This document shows, one piece after another, positions 25,157-36,831 of a stretch of 45,887 bases of DNA. A model generated the notes under the pieces. The model saw only the letters and a list, made by a program, of their open reading frames with translations. It ran no database searches and was not told the DNA's origin. Numbering within the stretch: position 1 is the first letter of the stretch; the number at the start of each line of letters is the position of its first letter. Source of the stretch: Rozella allomycis CSF55 (Eukaryota); assembly GCA_000442015.1 (NCBI GenBank), contig KE560841.1, positions 1 through 45,887 on the forward strand, written 5' to 3'. Made by a program: the position numbers and the translations under genes.

Positions 25157-25289
25157 CAATTTCCTGAATTTTCGGAATCCTTCTTTCTAGTTGGAATTTT
25201 CATTTTTTAGCGAACAGTTTGTGATATATCACTGAATTTGACCTGTCAAATAGATATAAAGACTTTCACTGTTAATTGTAAGGAAAACA

Positions 25290-26468
25290 ATGATCGACTT
25301 TATCTCACTTTGTTTTCTCTTTTCGTTTATATGGACAAACCCAACACCTTATCCTGCAGATATACAGCGAATTCAAGAGGCTTTCGGATTAACTACAAGT
25401 TATTTACCCCATACTTTCGATTCTAATGGGAAAAAATATGCAGACTTTTCAAAGAGAATGTCATTTGAAAACATACAAGAAGACGTTGCTTTTATAATCC
25501 ATGGAATGAAATCTTCAGGAAAGTCTTCATTCATTGGCGCGTTATCAAGGTCCATAAATTCTGAGAATATTGAATTAATCGATGAGACGGAAGGCGCAAA
25601 ACTAATTGCTCTGAAAATCCCCAATTCAAGCCATAAAATATATTTTATTGACACGGAAGGTTTTATCGACGGGTTGTTGGACGAAAATGGTGTTCGGAAG
25701 ACTGTAGAGATTTTAGATTCCGCAAAAAAGTTATTGCGTAAAATCCCCGATGCTGTTCTCAAGAGAATCTATTTTTTCATTGATGCCAACCAAAGAACAA
25801 ATTACTTTATTCAACATATATCAAAGCTAAAAGTAGCATATGGGAAAGAAGTCCTTGAAAACGTAGCGGTAGTAATGAGTCGTTGTGATACATTAAGAAT
25901 TGAAAAGAAGGCCTTTAATGAGTATCTTGACGACTTTAAAGTGAAAACCAAAGAAGCATTCAGTTCTGAGCCAACCATTTTGTTTATTTCGTCCAGATCA
26001 AAGGACAGATGTGTGAACCAAATAATTGAAGATATTCAGTTGACAATGAACTTTAAATCCAAGAAATTAGTATATAGTTCAGAAACACAATCAGAGAAAA
26101 TAGAAAAAATTTATGGACGAATAGAAGTTTTTGCCAAAGCAAAAGAACTATTGGAGATTAAGAAAGAAGAGTTGATGAAGAAAATAGAGGAAAGATCAAC
26201 CAAAAATCAAATTGGCATGTATGTATTGGGATTCGTAGGTGTCTTTGCTACTCCTTTGGTTTGTCCCCTTGGTGTTTTGTTGGTGTCTAGCAACTTGTCA
26301 GAAATGATAAGAGTAGAAACGGATCCTGAAATTTGTGCATTATTTGAAAGTAAAGTCAATATAAATAATGTTGGGTCTATTGATAATGCTATAAATTTGA
26401 TTGACGAAAAGGTATCGACCCTCAAAGAAGAAGTTTGCAGGCTAGGGAAGTTTGAAGAAGAGAAATAA
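25290..26468 (+). CDS. Intronless P-loop GTPase (AIG1/septin-like TRAFAC type) with hydrophobic N-terminus, coiled coil and C-terminal hydrophobic segment
   Basis: G1 GMKSSGKSS, G3 FIDTEG, G4-like VMSRCD; N-term MIDFISLCFLFSFIWT; hydrophobic IGMYVLGFVGVFATPLVCPLGVLLV. Confidence 0.8.
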   Translation: MIDFISLCFLFSFIWTNPTPYPADIQRIQEAFGLTTSYLPHTFDSNGKKYADFSKRMSFENIQEDVAFIIHGMKSSGKSSFIGALSRSINSENIELIDETEGAKLIALKIPNSSHKIYFIDTEGFIDGLLDENGVRKTVEILDSAKKLLRKIPDAVLKRIYFFIDANQRTNYFIQHISKLKVAYGKEVLENVAVVMSRCDTLRIEKKAFNEYLDDFKVKTKEAFSSEPTILFISSRSKDRCVNQIIEDIQLTMNFKSKKLVYSSETQSEKIEKIYGRIEVFAKAKELLEIKKEELMKKIEERSTKNQIGMYVLGFVGVFATPLVCPLGVLLVSSNLSEMIRVETDPEICALFESKVNINNVGSIDNAINLIDEKVSTLKEEVCRLGKFEEEK

Positions 26469-26853
26469 ATTCAAATAAATTACATTCAAAAAATATCCAA
26501 TTTCTATAATCTTGATGTAATGTGAACGAAAGAGGTCTTGCACACATAACCTTTCATTCCAAGAGTATCTTGCTTGAAGTTTTGGCACTTGTGACAATGA
26601 TCGAGAACTAATGATTTCATGTATCAACATGGCACAAACTCAATTCAAAGTAAGATATTAAAATTGTCACATTATATTTGAAGTTAAACTGAATATTTCT
26701 TTCTTGGGATGGATCAGGTACTCTTGGTGGTCTAAATCTACATGAATGAATTATTTAATTCAATACTAGAGCGTGAAATCACCACGTTTGTTTAAGACAT
26801 CCAGGGAATTAAATTAAGATAAAAATACTTAAAGGTCCAAAAATTATTATAGT

Positions 26854-29800
26854 TTATTTAAAGTTAGATTCTTTCAGAGGGGTAGTGGATTTTTTCATGA
26901 CAGGTGCTCTTGGCGGTTTCGATTTGTATGAGTATTTTGAGAGAATGTTGTTCGCAAAAGAGTTTTTGTCATTCTTTAAGTAATTGAAGGCTCTTCCATT
27001 AGCTTTAACAAATTGAAAAGATAGGAGCTTTGGATGGAGGAGATGGTCTATTGCATTTTCAGTGATTTCAAGTTGCTTATAATTTGAAAGTGGCATTTTA
27101 TAATTCTTTGATAAGCACCGGGATGTATTGGGAATGTTGACTTGCCCATGTTCGGATGAAGAGGAAATGTCAGTAATGGAATGGCTTGTGCAGAGAGGGT
27201 AGCATTCGTATAGAATCTCATTTTCAACATGATCACACGATTCTTTATTTATTGTATCAATAAATTCTATCTTAATTAAAAAAATTCGGGTTACCATCCA
27301 CTTTTGGGGGTTCTACTATGGTTTTAACAGGGGTACTTTCAAGGACATTTTCAACTGAGGCATTATCAACTGGATCTTTGTCTACTTGAAAGTTTTCTTC
27401 TGGAACCATTTCAACTAGACCATCATCAATTGGGGTATTAACATCATCAATTGGGGTATTGTCGACTTGAACATTCTCAACTGGAACAATTTCAACCGAG
27501 GTATTCTCGACTGACAAATATTCAACTTGTACATTTTCTTCAATTTTTTCAACGTCGCCTTTATCAATCTCTGCCACTAATAACTCAATTGGTTTGTCTA
27601 TCAATGGGTCAGCGTTTTCAATTTCTTCGTTATCGCATTCAATGGAGTTATCATTAATTTCAGTTATTTCATTGTCTGTGTCTTCTACTTTTTCGGAGTG
27701 ATTTTCAACCTTTTCATTGTTAATGTTTTCAATCGGTTCTTCAAAAAGATTCTCAATGTCATTTTTTATTTTTTGGATATCTTTAGAAATCTCGAGACAA
27801 GCATCTTTATTTTGAGTTGAATGATGGATTCCTTTATGGTCATTTGTGATGATACTTTCACACTTGTTAGCAACATCAAGCTTATTGCATTCGATTGTAT
27901 TATCTAAATTAACTAAAGATGATTTAAGTTTGGAGTATAGATCTTTTAAATCAGCAACAGGGATACCAACAGAGGATGAAATATTTTTGCAGTAAAATGG
28001 TAATATTCTTAGCAAGAGTTGACCTTGAATGCAACCTTTGAAATCAACAATGTTGTACCATCCATAAATTTCATTTTGTAACAAGGACGTTTCTACCTTG
28101 CATTTTCCTATTAAATAATCTTCATCGTCTTGATGATAAACGCAAAATTCAAAAAGAGAAGATATTTGGTGAATGTCAAAACTCGCATCCCATGTGGGGT
28201 TTTCTTCATTCATAACAACTTTTGTAATACAATTCCCAATTTTAACTTTAGAGTTAGGGAAATGTTTCAGTGTAATATTTGGCAGGTTTCTTGCCCTTTC
28301 AATTCCTATATTGATCAAAGTGCCTTCTTTCTCATTTATCTCAACAGATTGCGACTTGTTATCTAATACAATGCACGGTGGCTTATCAGTTATATTAATA
28401 GAATGTGGCTTATGCTCTTCACTCGTTTGTGTAAATTGGTCAACAAGTATTGGTTTATCAAAACTGTACTGACTTGATTGATTTTTTATTTGGGGCTCAA
28501 CTTGAACTTCAGCATTTCGCATGTTACTAACAATTTCAGTGCTTTTATCTTGTGGGATATTTTCAATGGTTTCTTTGTGTGAAAGTTCACAAACTAGTGG
28601 AACGCACACAACGCTCTGTGCTACAGGATGCCTAAACTTTGCAATTAAAAATCTATCTTCATCAAAATTTATAATACGAATAAAAATTCCAATCAAAGTT
28701 GGTTCTGCATTTCTTACTTGCCACATTTCTAATAGAATATTGGCTCTCCTTAATAAATAGGATCCAAGAGAAAATTCAAGCTCAACATTTTCATTTTCAT
28801 AAATTCTACTTTCCTCAACAATTTTAATTCCTTGTGTGTTTAGCTTTAAAGTAAAATATAGCCTTCCCTTTGGCAAATCGCTTTGTTTCATTTTCACAAT
28901 AAAGACGTTTTCAATTTCTTTTGCTTCATTCTTCTTCTGACCTTCAACTATTTTTCTAGCAAGCGACACAGCAATGTTCTTTTCATGCTCAAGCTTTTCA
29001 TTTTTATCGCTCAGGTCAATTCCTTTCTCTTCTTCATAGCTTATTGTTTCTTCATCATTCACTTTTTGATTTCGCACTACGTTTTCTATTCCGGCAGCAT
29101 CATTGGTTGAATCTTTTTGATTCTCTTTCTTCTGTTCATCCTCCTGACGCTCGACCTTCTCCCTAGATTTTTCTCTTTCTCTAATTTTCTTCATCACCAA
29201 CGCCTTCTTTTCATTGTCACTCATTGATTCTTCAATACTAGATTCAAAACCACAAGTACTTTCTGGCAAGTTATTTATTCTTGAATAATTCAAAATCTCT
29301 GCTATTTCAACTTCCCCTTCAATCAATGAAATAGAACTGACCACCGAACATGAATCAGTTTTGCTTGCTACGTCGTCATCTTCCTCGATAATAACTTTTC
29401 CATCTGCTACATTTTGAAGTGAAGACAATGACCCAAACATCATATTCCTCAATTCTTTTGCTCGATTAACGATATAGTCAATGCTAGCATTATTATCATT
29501 TTTTACGCCTTCTTCAACTTTCACTGGTACTTTTTCAGCGCTCATTGGTTTTTCTTCACAAAGGTCAATCTTTAAATCGCTACATTTAGATGATGCAGGG
29601 GATACAAATGGGGCAACTTTTGGAACAGGCGTGCTCTCTTTCTTGAACTCTTGCTTTCTGGGGGATTCATTTTCATTCTCGTCTCCAATCTTATTCATAT
29701 TCTGATCCAAATCGCTTCCATACACATCAATCTTTACATTTTCATTATCATCTTTTATTTTATCCTTAGTACTTTGATCCATCTAGGTAATACATAAACA

Positions 29801-30350
29801 AAAACCCTACCTTGAGTTTATCATCATTGCCATTGGTAAATAAAACACTCAAATACACCTTACAATGACCAATAATAAATGGAATGCTGCTTTTAAAGCC
29901 TTTTCCTCTTTTCAAAAAAATTGGCAACTCTTTAGAAATTTCACCTTTCTTGCACACTTGAACCAAGTCCTTGAGTATCATCCAACCCTCTAACTTGGAC
30001 TTTTTTTCCACAACCTTTATAGAAAGATCACCCATATCTTTCAAGTAGCGCTTAAAAACATCTTTTTTGCATCGTATAGGGAAGTCGACCGAATTATCAT
30101 GTTTCTTGCCTTTTGAACTGATTTTCTTTAAAGAAGGTGGTGCAAGAGTCGTTCCACTCGATTTCGAAGGCTCTCCCCACCAAAGAAATGTACATTCAGG
30201 GGCAATTGTAGGTTTATTAGTTCCAACCATTTTTTGCTCTTCTTTCGTCAAGGGCACCCAGTCATAGTCTTCTAGAACAATTTTAAAATACCCTGATATA
30301 CCACCGTTGACGTTAGGGGGTATACTTGTGATAGGCTTTGAAGACATCAT
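26854..30350 (-). CDS. C2CD3: C2-domain centriolar protein, C2CD3-like; two 28-nt introns
   Basis: N-terminal TSIPPNVNG..SGYF, FLWWGE, FPIRC....F.RYLKDM match the C2CD3 N-terminal C2 domain; later C2 domain ends GWYNIVDFKGCIQGQL. Confidence 0.75.
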
Positions 30351-30364
30351 TTTGGCGCGAAAAA
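30350..30364. promoter_or_regulatory. E2F-type palindromic site TTTTGGCGCGAAAA abutting the C2CD3-like start codon
   Basis: Matches TTTSSCGC consensus on both strands in otherwise AT-rich DNA. Confidence 0.5.
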
Positions 30365-30646
30365 TTATAAACAAACAAATCGAAACCAATTTTTCGTAAA
30401 ATTACAAAAATTGAAAAAAATAAAGGAATTTCAAATACGCAATTAATTGAAAACTACTCTCTGTTTATAGTTGTTTCTAATTTTTTGATTCAATTTACAT
30501 TCTACGAATTTTTCCATTCTAAATTTTTTCTATTTTAGGAAGAGCAGTTTTATGATGGAATCAACAGTATAAAGTAACCAAGTCAGACTCCTCGGTCCTA
30601 GCTTTAAGCCCATACTCAAGATAGGAATCCTGAATTTTCAGGAAAA

Positions 30647-30658
30647 TTGGCGCCAAAA
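30647..30658. promoter_or_regulatory. E2F-type site TTGGCGCCAAAA 5 nt upstream of the NSL1 ATG
   Basis: Reverse strand TTTTGGCGC matches the E2F consensus. Confidence 0.5.
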
Positions 30659-30663
30659 CTATA

Positions 30664-31400
30664 ATGCATGCACCATCAAACAACGAGTTCAGAATTCAAG
30701 TAGACTCTCTAGAAGACATAGATTATATTTTATCACAATTACATTCAGTTCTTCCTAAAACAAAGTCATCAGAGTCAGTAAACCCGATTTGGTCCAATCT
30801 AATAGTTCCTCAATGAAATGGCCAATATAATAAGTAAAAACATACTGGTAAATGGGAACGAATGGGTTCCCGGAATGAAAAGGAAGAGTAATCTTCTTGA
30901 ATACTTTGAATTAGGATTTGAGCCTCTTGATGAATCCTTGTTCCAAAGGTTGGAACAATTAGTGCAACAAGTGGATGAACTCGCTAATAAAGTTGCTGTT
31001 TACAGGCGAGAATCATATGGTATACTGCGAAAAAAGGTCCGAGCCCACTATGAAAATGCATTGACAAGAGTGAAAGAAAATATGGACTGCAAATTCGAAA
31101 CAACAGAAGTTGGATCACCTGATAAATGTATTATTCAATCTAAACGTAAAGAGATGTGTTTTTCTTCTCCTAGTTTTTGAAGAATCTATTCAAATGTTTC
31201 AAGATGCTAAAGATACATTTGAAAAATTGAAACTTAATCTTCCAAAAATATCTTCTAAACTTGAAAGAGCATGTACAGTGATGGATGACGAAAATGATCG
31301 CAATACAAGGTTGAAAAATGGTACTGAGCTTCCTGATACGCCAATATTGGAAAGAACAAAAAGGCCTTTGTTGGAATCGTGCCTCAAAAAATCAAATTAA
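30664..31400 (+). CDS. NSL1: Kinetochore MIND/Mis12 complex subunit Nsl1/Mis14-like; three mini-introns
   Basis: RIQVDSLEDIDYI, NILVNG, FEPLDESLFQRLEQL..QVDELANKVAVYRRE, LPKISSKLERA. Confidence 0.7.
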
Positions 31401-31467
31401 TTGAGAATGATTTATTGCAGAAAATAAAATTGAAAGCAGTATTTTTCCATTTACTTTACCATTTTCC

Positions 31468-32101
31468 TTGCTTTTTAGATCTTACCGAGTGCTTTTATGG
31501 CGAAGACTTGGGCTAAAATTCTTTAATCATCATGGTTCATGTCTTGAATGTACAAAAGGTCAATCAGACTGGTATGGTGATCACGCTACCGTTTGTCAAG
31601 GAAAACATGATCTGGCTAACAGACATAACGCAATTCGTGATGAAATTTTCCATGTGGCATCTCAAGGTGGGTTAGCACCGCAAAAAGAAGTTCAAGGGCT
31701 GTTGGACAACGAATCTCTTAAACCAGCAGATATTTTTATTCCAGTCTTAGAAAATAGCCATAATGTTTGTATAGATGTGACCATTGGTTCTCCTTATGTT
31801 GAAAACGTCTTCAATAAAACAGTGGAAGAAGGAGGTGCGGCACTCATGAAGTCTCGGGATCAAAAAAATGAAGAAATATTTTGACAAATGTGAGGCCAAA
31901 GGTTTGATATTTTTCCCTTTCTGTATGGAATCAACTGGGGGAATGGACGTAGATTCTTTGGCTTTCCTTAAAATTATCGCGCATGCAGTGTCCAATCTGC
32001 AAAATATTGAAACTAATGTGGTATATCACAGGCTGAGTTTAAAAATTAGTTTCACATTAGCAAAAAGGAATGCATCCATGATTCTGAGAAGACTGGCATA
32101 A
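31468..32101 (+). mobile_element. 5'-truncated non-LTR retrotransposon 3' end (CRE-like, CCHC finger + restriction-like endonuclease), frameshifted
   Basis: CLEC...DWYGDHATVC, RHNAIRD, KPADIFIP, CIDVTI, K..KY, FFPFCMESTGG; frameshift in the A-run near 31862. Confidence 0.8.
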
Positions 32102-32241
32102 ACACTTTAAATAAAATTAGTCTTTTTTGTTTTTGTGATTAATTTAAATGATTTTTTAAAAAATTATGACTTTTTTTAAAGAAATCTGCTTTATAGTTAA
32201 ACTTAATTAAGAAGACTTGTTTAGAAAACGAAAATTCCAAA

Positions 32242-33292
32242 ATGGATGAACATGACATTTTTGGTAGTGACTTAAGCGATTTAGATGAACATGAGGAAAA
32301 TATAACAATTGAGTAACGGATATTATATATAAATACAAGACGGCAGCCATCAGAGGAAGAAAACAATTTAAAAACGTCAGTGGATGAATTTTTGGGACAA
32401 GAGCAAAATATAAGACATGTAAACTTGCCCGAGAAACAAAATTTATCTTTAAACGATGTGGCTTTAGTGTCTTTTCCCAAATTTATTACAGTCTCCTCAC
32501 ATCCTGCTTTGGCAAATTTAGATGACGAGCCTAACGATTTGGTATTATTAAAGAACACTATAAGATATAGATACAATGAGGATGAAGTAATTATAATATA
32601 AAAACAAAAAAAGATTGAGGGAAACTCTAGAATCGTGAAGTGGTCTGATGGTTCAATGTCACTTGTTATCGGGCAAGAAATTTACGATATCCAAGTTTCC
32701 GATGTACCTTCTAATCAGAATATTCATTTGATGAATTATCACGTCAATGAGGCAACACTAGAAGGCTATAAGAAAGTTGAGAAGAGAATGATGGTTTCGT
32801 CTAACACAAACGACAAAGGATCACACGATAGAATTACCCAGGTTTTGTCAAAACATTTAACTCGAGAGTCTAAAATAAAATCATTTGAATCTAGAGAAGA
32901 TCCTGAAATTTTAAAAGCTCAACTTGAAAGGGTAAATCTGTTCCTTTTGTCGAGACAAGGTTGAAAATGAAAAAATGAGAAGCCAAAGACGGCTTGAAAC
33001 CAAGCGGAGAATCCAAATGGAAAAAGAATTTCTTCCTTCTATGGAACTTAATGTAGATGCGTTAGAACAAGATGAAGATGATGAAGATGAGGAGAACTAT
33101 GAGGATGATTTGAAAGTACTCAAGGCAAAAAAGGACATTGAATCTGACCACAGTGATCTCAACGAAGAAACTCTGTCAGATGATTCAGAAAACAATTTCC
33201 GTTTACCGAAGCAAGCAAAACCAGCGGATGAAAATGATAAAGACAGCGCGCCAATTTTAGCAAGAAAAAGAAATGTAGTCGATGACGAATAA
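32242..33292 (+). CDS. LEO1: Paf1 complex subunit Leo1; three mini-introns
   Basis: MDEHDIFGSDLSD, KNTIRYR, spliced GNSRIVKWSDGSMSLVIG, acidic tail. Confidence 0.9.
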
Positions 33293-33319
33293 TTTATATT
33301 TAATAAAATTAAACAATTT

Positions 33320-34777
33320 TTATTTTTGCGCTTTTCTTTGCTCGTCTATTTGTTCTTCCAAAATTAGATTGGTCTTTAAATGCACATCAAGAGGCGCGAT
33401 TGGTTTTCCATCAACAGCTTGCAGCAAAGGTATGCCTCTTTCTTTGTATGTCTCCAAGTATGCGGTGTTTTTGCTTTCCTGTTTGATAGGACTCACATAA
33501 TTCTGGAATGGATTTCGTTGGTCTACCCCAACTCTTTTAGGTGTCTTTTCATCAATTTGAACTAAAGTTTTCTTCAAATTAGCTTCATTTGCTCTTTCTA
33601 TAAAAAAATCGGGTTTGGAACCTTGAATCCCCTGTGGACTTGGATACATTAAATCTAATTGCTGATTTTGATTAAGAGAAGTCATGCTACGAGAAGTACG
33701 TAACCTATTTGCATGATCAGAATAGTATGTAGCATCAGGTCGCGGTGCATGGCTTGTTGGTGGTGGCCGTATATTGCTCTGGGGATAGTATAAACTCGTG
33801 GGATCGAAAAAAACATGTTGACCAGTCATTGCAGGATAGGGATTCATAACCATCATAGGTCCATATGCTGTCATCACCATCATTGGCGTCATATTAGGGA
33901 CAGGAGGAACGCCATTGTCAATGGGATATTGATTCATATGAGCCATTTGTATATGCTGACGTGTCTCTTGCGACTGCTTATCTTTCATATCATCAATTAA
34001 TGTGACTAGTGGGGCATATCCTGCTATCCTATTTCTCGGTAAATTGGAGACGTCTGGTTTGACCCCGGGACTAAAAGTCATCGATCTGGTGCTTCTAATG
34101 CCATGATTATCGCTTGAATTCATTGTCAACTCCGTCACAGTTGTTTTTCCTGATAACTCTGACGCATCCAATTTATCTAATTGGGGTATCGTGGTTTTTC
34201 TGTGCTTATATTGTGCTTCGCTTTCACTTTCACTAGAGTCCGATATTTCATTAAAAATATCGGATTTGGCAACAACAAGTCTAGAGGACATTGATTTTCG
34301 TAATTCATCCTCTTGTATGTTTGGGGAAGACAAGCGTTCAGGCTCTTTCATTTAAGAAAGCTATTTTTTACCTTCATAAAAAGATATATCATGATTTTCA
34401 TTATCATGATTCGTATGAGACAAAGAGGAACTACAGCTATCAGGATCCGCTGGTAATAGTACGCTATGACGTGGTTGCAAAACTGATATTTTATGTGCAG
34501 CATCTTCTAATATATGATCATTTTTAGTACTTTGTGGTTTTACTTCAGAAACGTCCTCGCTGCTAACGCTTGAGAGATTACCATCTGTGTTTAAATCATT
34601 CGCTTTCACATTATTCTTCCTTTCCTTCTTTTCTTTTCTTGATTTGAACCATCTGAAGGACTTCTTTTTACCTGGACTTTTACGCTTCGGAGACACTGGA
34701 TGTTTAATTTTTTCCTCCGTTAAATTCTCATTTGATTTTCGCAACTTTATTGAGAGCGATTTTAACAGTCCACCCAT
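33320..34777 (-). CDS. Hypothetical low-complexity protein, two exons, possible N-myristoylation (MGGLLKS)
   Basis: ORFs 34361..34777 and 33320..34351 join through a 27-nt gtaaaaaa..aaag intron. Confidence 0.6.
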
Positions 34778-34896
34778 TTATATGAAGGTCGGAGTTTTTA
34801 AAAAATTCAAAATATATAAATAAAATAGATGCCATCGGTAGGAAATTCTCATGAATTAACCGGACCATTCGCACTTGGAAATTTCAAACCTTTTTG

Positions 34897-35407
34897 ATGA
34901 ATTCTCTACCGAAAAGAATAGCAAAAGAAATTGAACGTTTAATGAAAGAACCAGTACCAGGGATACAAGCAGTACCACACGATGACAATTTACGCTATTT
35001 CGATGTATCAATTGAAGGTCCTACTCAGTCACCTTTTGAGGGTGGGAATTTCAAGCTTGAGCTCTTTCTTCCTGAAGAGTACCCAATGGCTCCCCCGAAG
35101 GTTCGATTTTTGAATAAAATTTACCATCCAAATATTGACAAGCTTGGAAGAATTTGCCTTGATATTTTAAAGGACAAATGGAGTCCAGCGTTGCAAATAA
35201 GGACAGGTAATTTTGTTATTTTACGCGAAAAAGTGCTCCTTTCGATCCAAGCATTACTTTCAGCGCCAAATCCTGATGACCCATTAGCAAATGACGTTGC
35301 TCAGCATTGGAAAGAAAATGAACCTGATGCTATTTTGACGGGTAAAGATATTGTAAGGTTTTCAGTTAGCGAAAAAATGGACCTTGGAATACGCCAAGCA
35401 AAAGTAG
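34897..35407 (+). CDS. UBC13: E2 ubiquitin-conjugating enzyme Ubc13/UBE2N; introns 35207-35233 and 35342-35369
   Basis: [45 protein letters not shown]; spliced end [13 protein letters not shown]. Confidence 0.97.
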
Positions 35408-35408
35408 A

Positions 35409-36742
35409 TTAATAAAATCTTTTTATTTCTACTTTAAGTATATCACTGAATGCAACGTTCCACTGATTTTCGACATAATACAATTTAATGTCTATTTGGT
35501 GTGGTAAAAATCTCTTTTCAGGGCCCACAATTTCGTTGAATGACTTTTAGATTTCAAGATATTATGTACCTCGCAGCATTCACTGTTGAAAATATTTCCC
35601 CAGACCTTTAAAGTCTCCAATTTTGTGTTGTTCTTTAAACTATGGTAAATTGCAATTAAACCATCAGGAATGATGCCATTATTTGAAATGTCCAAACTTT
35701 ATAAGAATTTAGTTTAATTTACTGCCGCAAGTTGGTGTCCCATTTTAGATATCTTGAGATTGCCACTGCCCCTTTGAATAAGATTTGATTGTGTGATAAG
35801 TCCAAATATTTTATAGTTTCATTATACTTTAAATAATCCGATAAGCATATGCATCCATCAGCCATTATGTTATTGCTTTTGAATCAGTGGAACAAAATTA
35901 CCGGGAAATGTCAATGCTTTCTAAATTACATGTCACTCCTAAACACTTGCTGAATATTTCCGCGTCAGTGTCGGTAATTGAGTGTTTTGATATTCCTATA
36001 TGCTTTAGTCTTGGATTTATATGAATTAATTTTGTAGCATGTACAATTAGGTCATCCTTTGAGTGCCGTCTAAGAGGATCACCCAAATCGATATAAGAAA
36101 TACCAGTGTTTTTAAGAAGCACAATGTAAAAAGAGAGAATAGCTTCTGTTTTTAGGCCACATGATGCTATCTCCAACTTTTTTAATGTTGAGTTGACCTG
36201 ATCATGATCAATTATTTATTCTACTTGAAGCATTGATGCAAGAAACATGCCTCCTTCATTTTCAATTTCATTATTTGATAAATTTAAATGCTTTAAACTG
36301 TCATTCGATAAGAGGGCTTCCGACAAGTATTTTGCGGTGACATGCCCCATATTGTTCATTTTAAGAATCAAAGATTCCAGTTTGAATGAATTTGACTATA
36401 AAAGATGTTTAAATAATATACTGCAAGCATTTGTGCCAAAATCGGGGCTGCTTGATCAGTCAATCGATTGTAACTCAAGTCCAAGGTTTTAAGAAACGAC
36501 GTCTTCAATAATGGTTGTGACAGCAATTGAAAATTTTCGTCCTTTATAGAAAAATTATGCTCTCTTAGGTTTCCTTTTAGGGTCAATACTACTGGCACTT
36601 CGCTACTCGCTTTTGATAACAATTATTACCCGACAGTAATTGCAGATTCCATTGATTTTTTGAAGTGTGGTATAATTTCACTATTTGATTCTTTACATAA
36701 CGCAAGATAGCTATCCAATAGTTCGATCGCTTCTAAAGCCAT
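35409..36742 (-). CDS. Leucine-rich repeat protein (RI-like), LRRC34-like; six mini-introns
   Basis: [48 protein letters not shown]-term Y...C....L.GN pattern. Confidence 0.75.
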
Positions 36743-36831
36743 TTTGTTGCCAAGGACATTGAGACGCGATGATTGTTTAAAACAAATAAAAATTCAAGGA
36801 AGAGCATTCAAAGAATCAAAAATATTTTTAT

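Noticed and set aside
26470-26850. Two intron-like GTA units and short frames downstream of the C2CD3-like stop
   Set aside because: No consistent open spliced frame without invoking readthrough; left unresolved.
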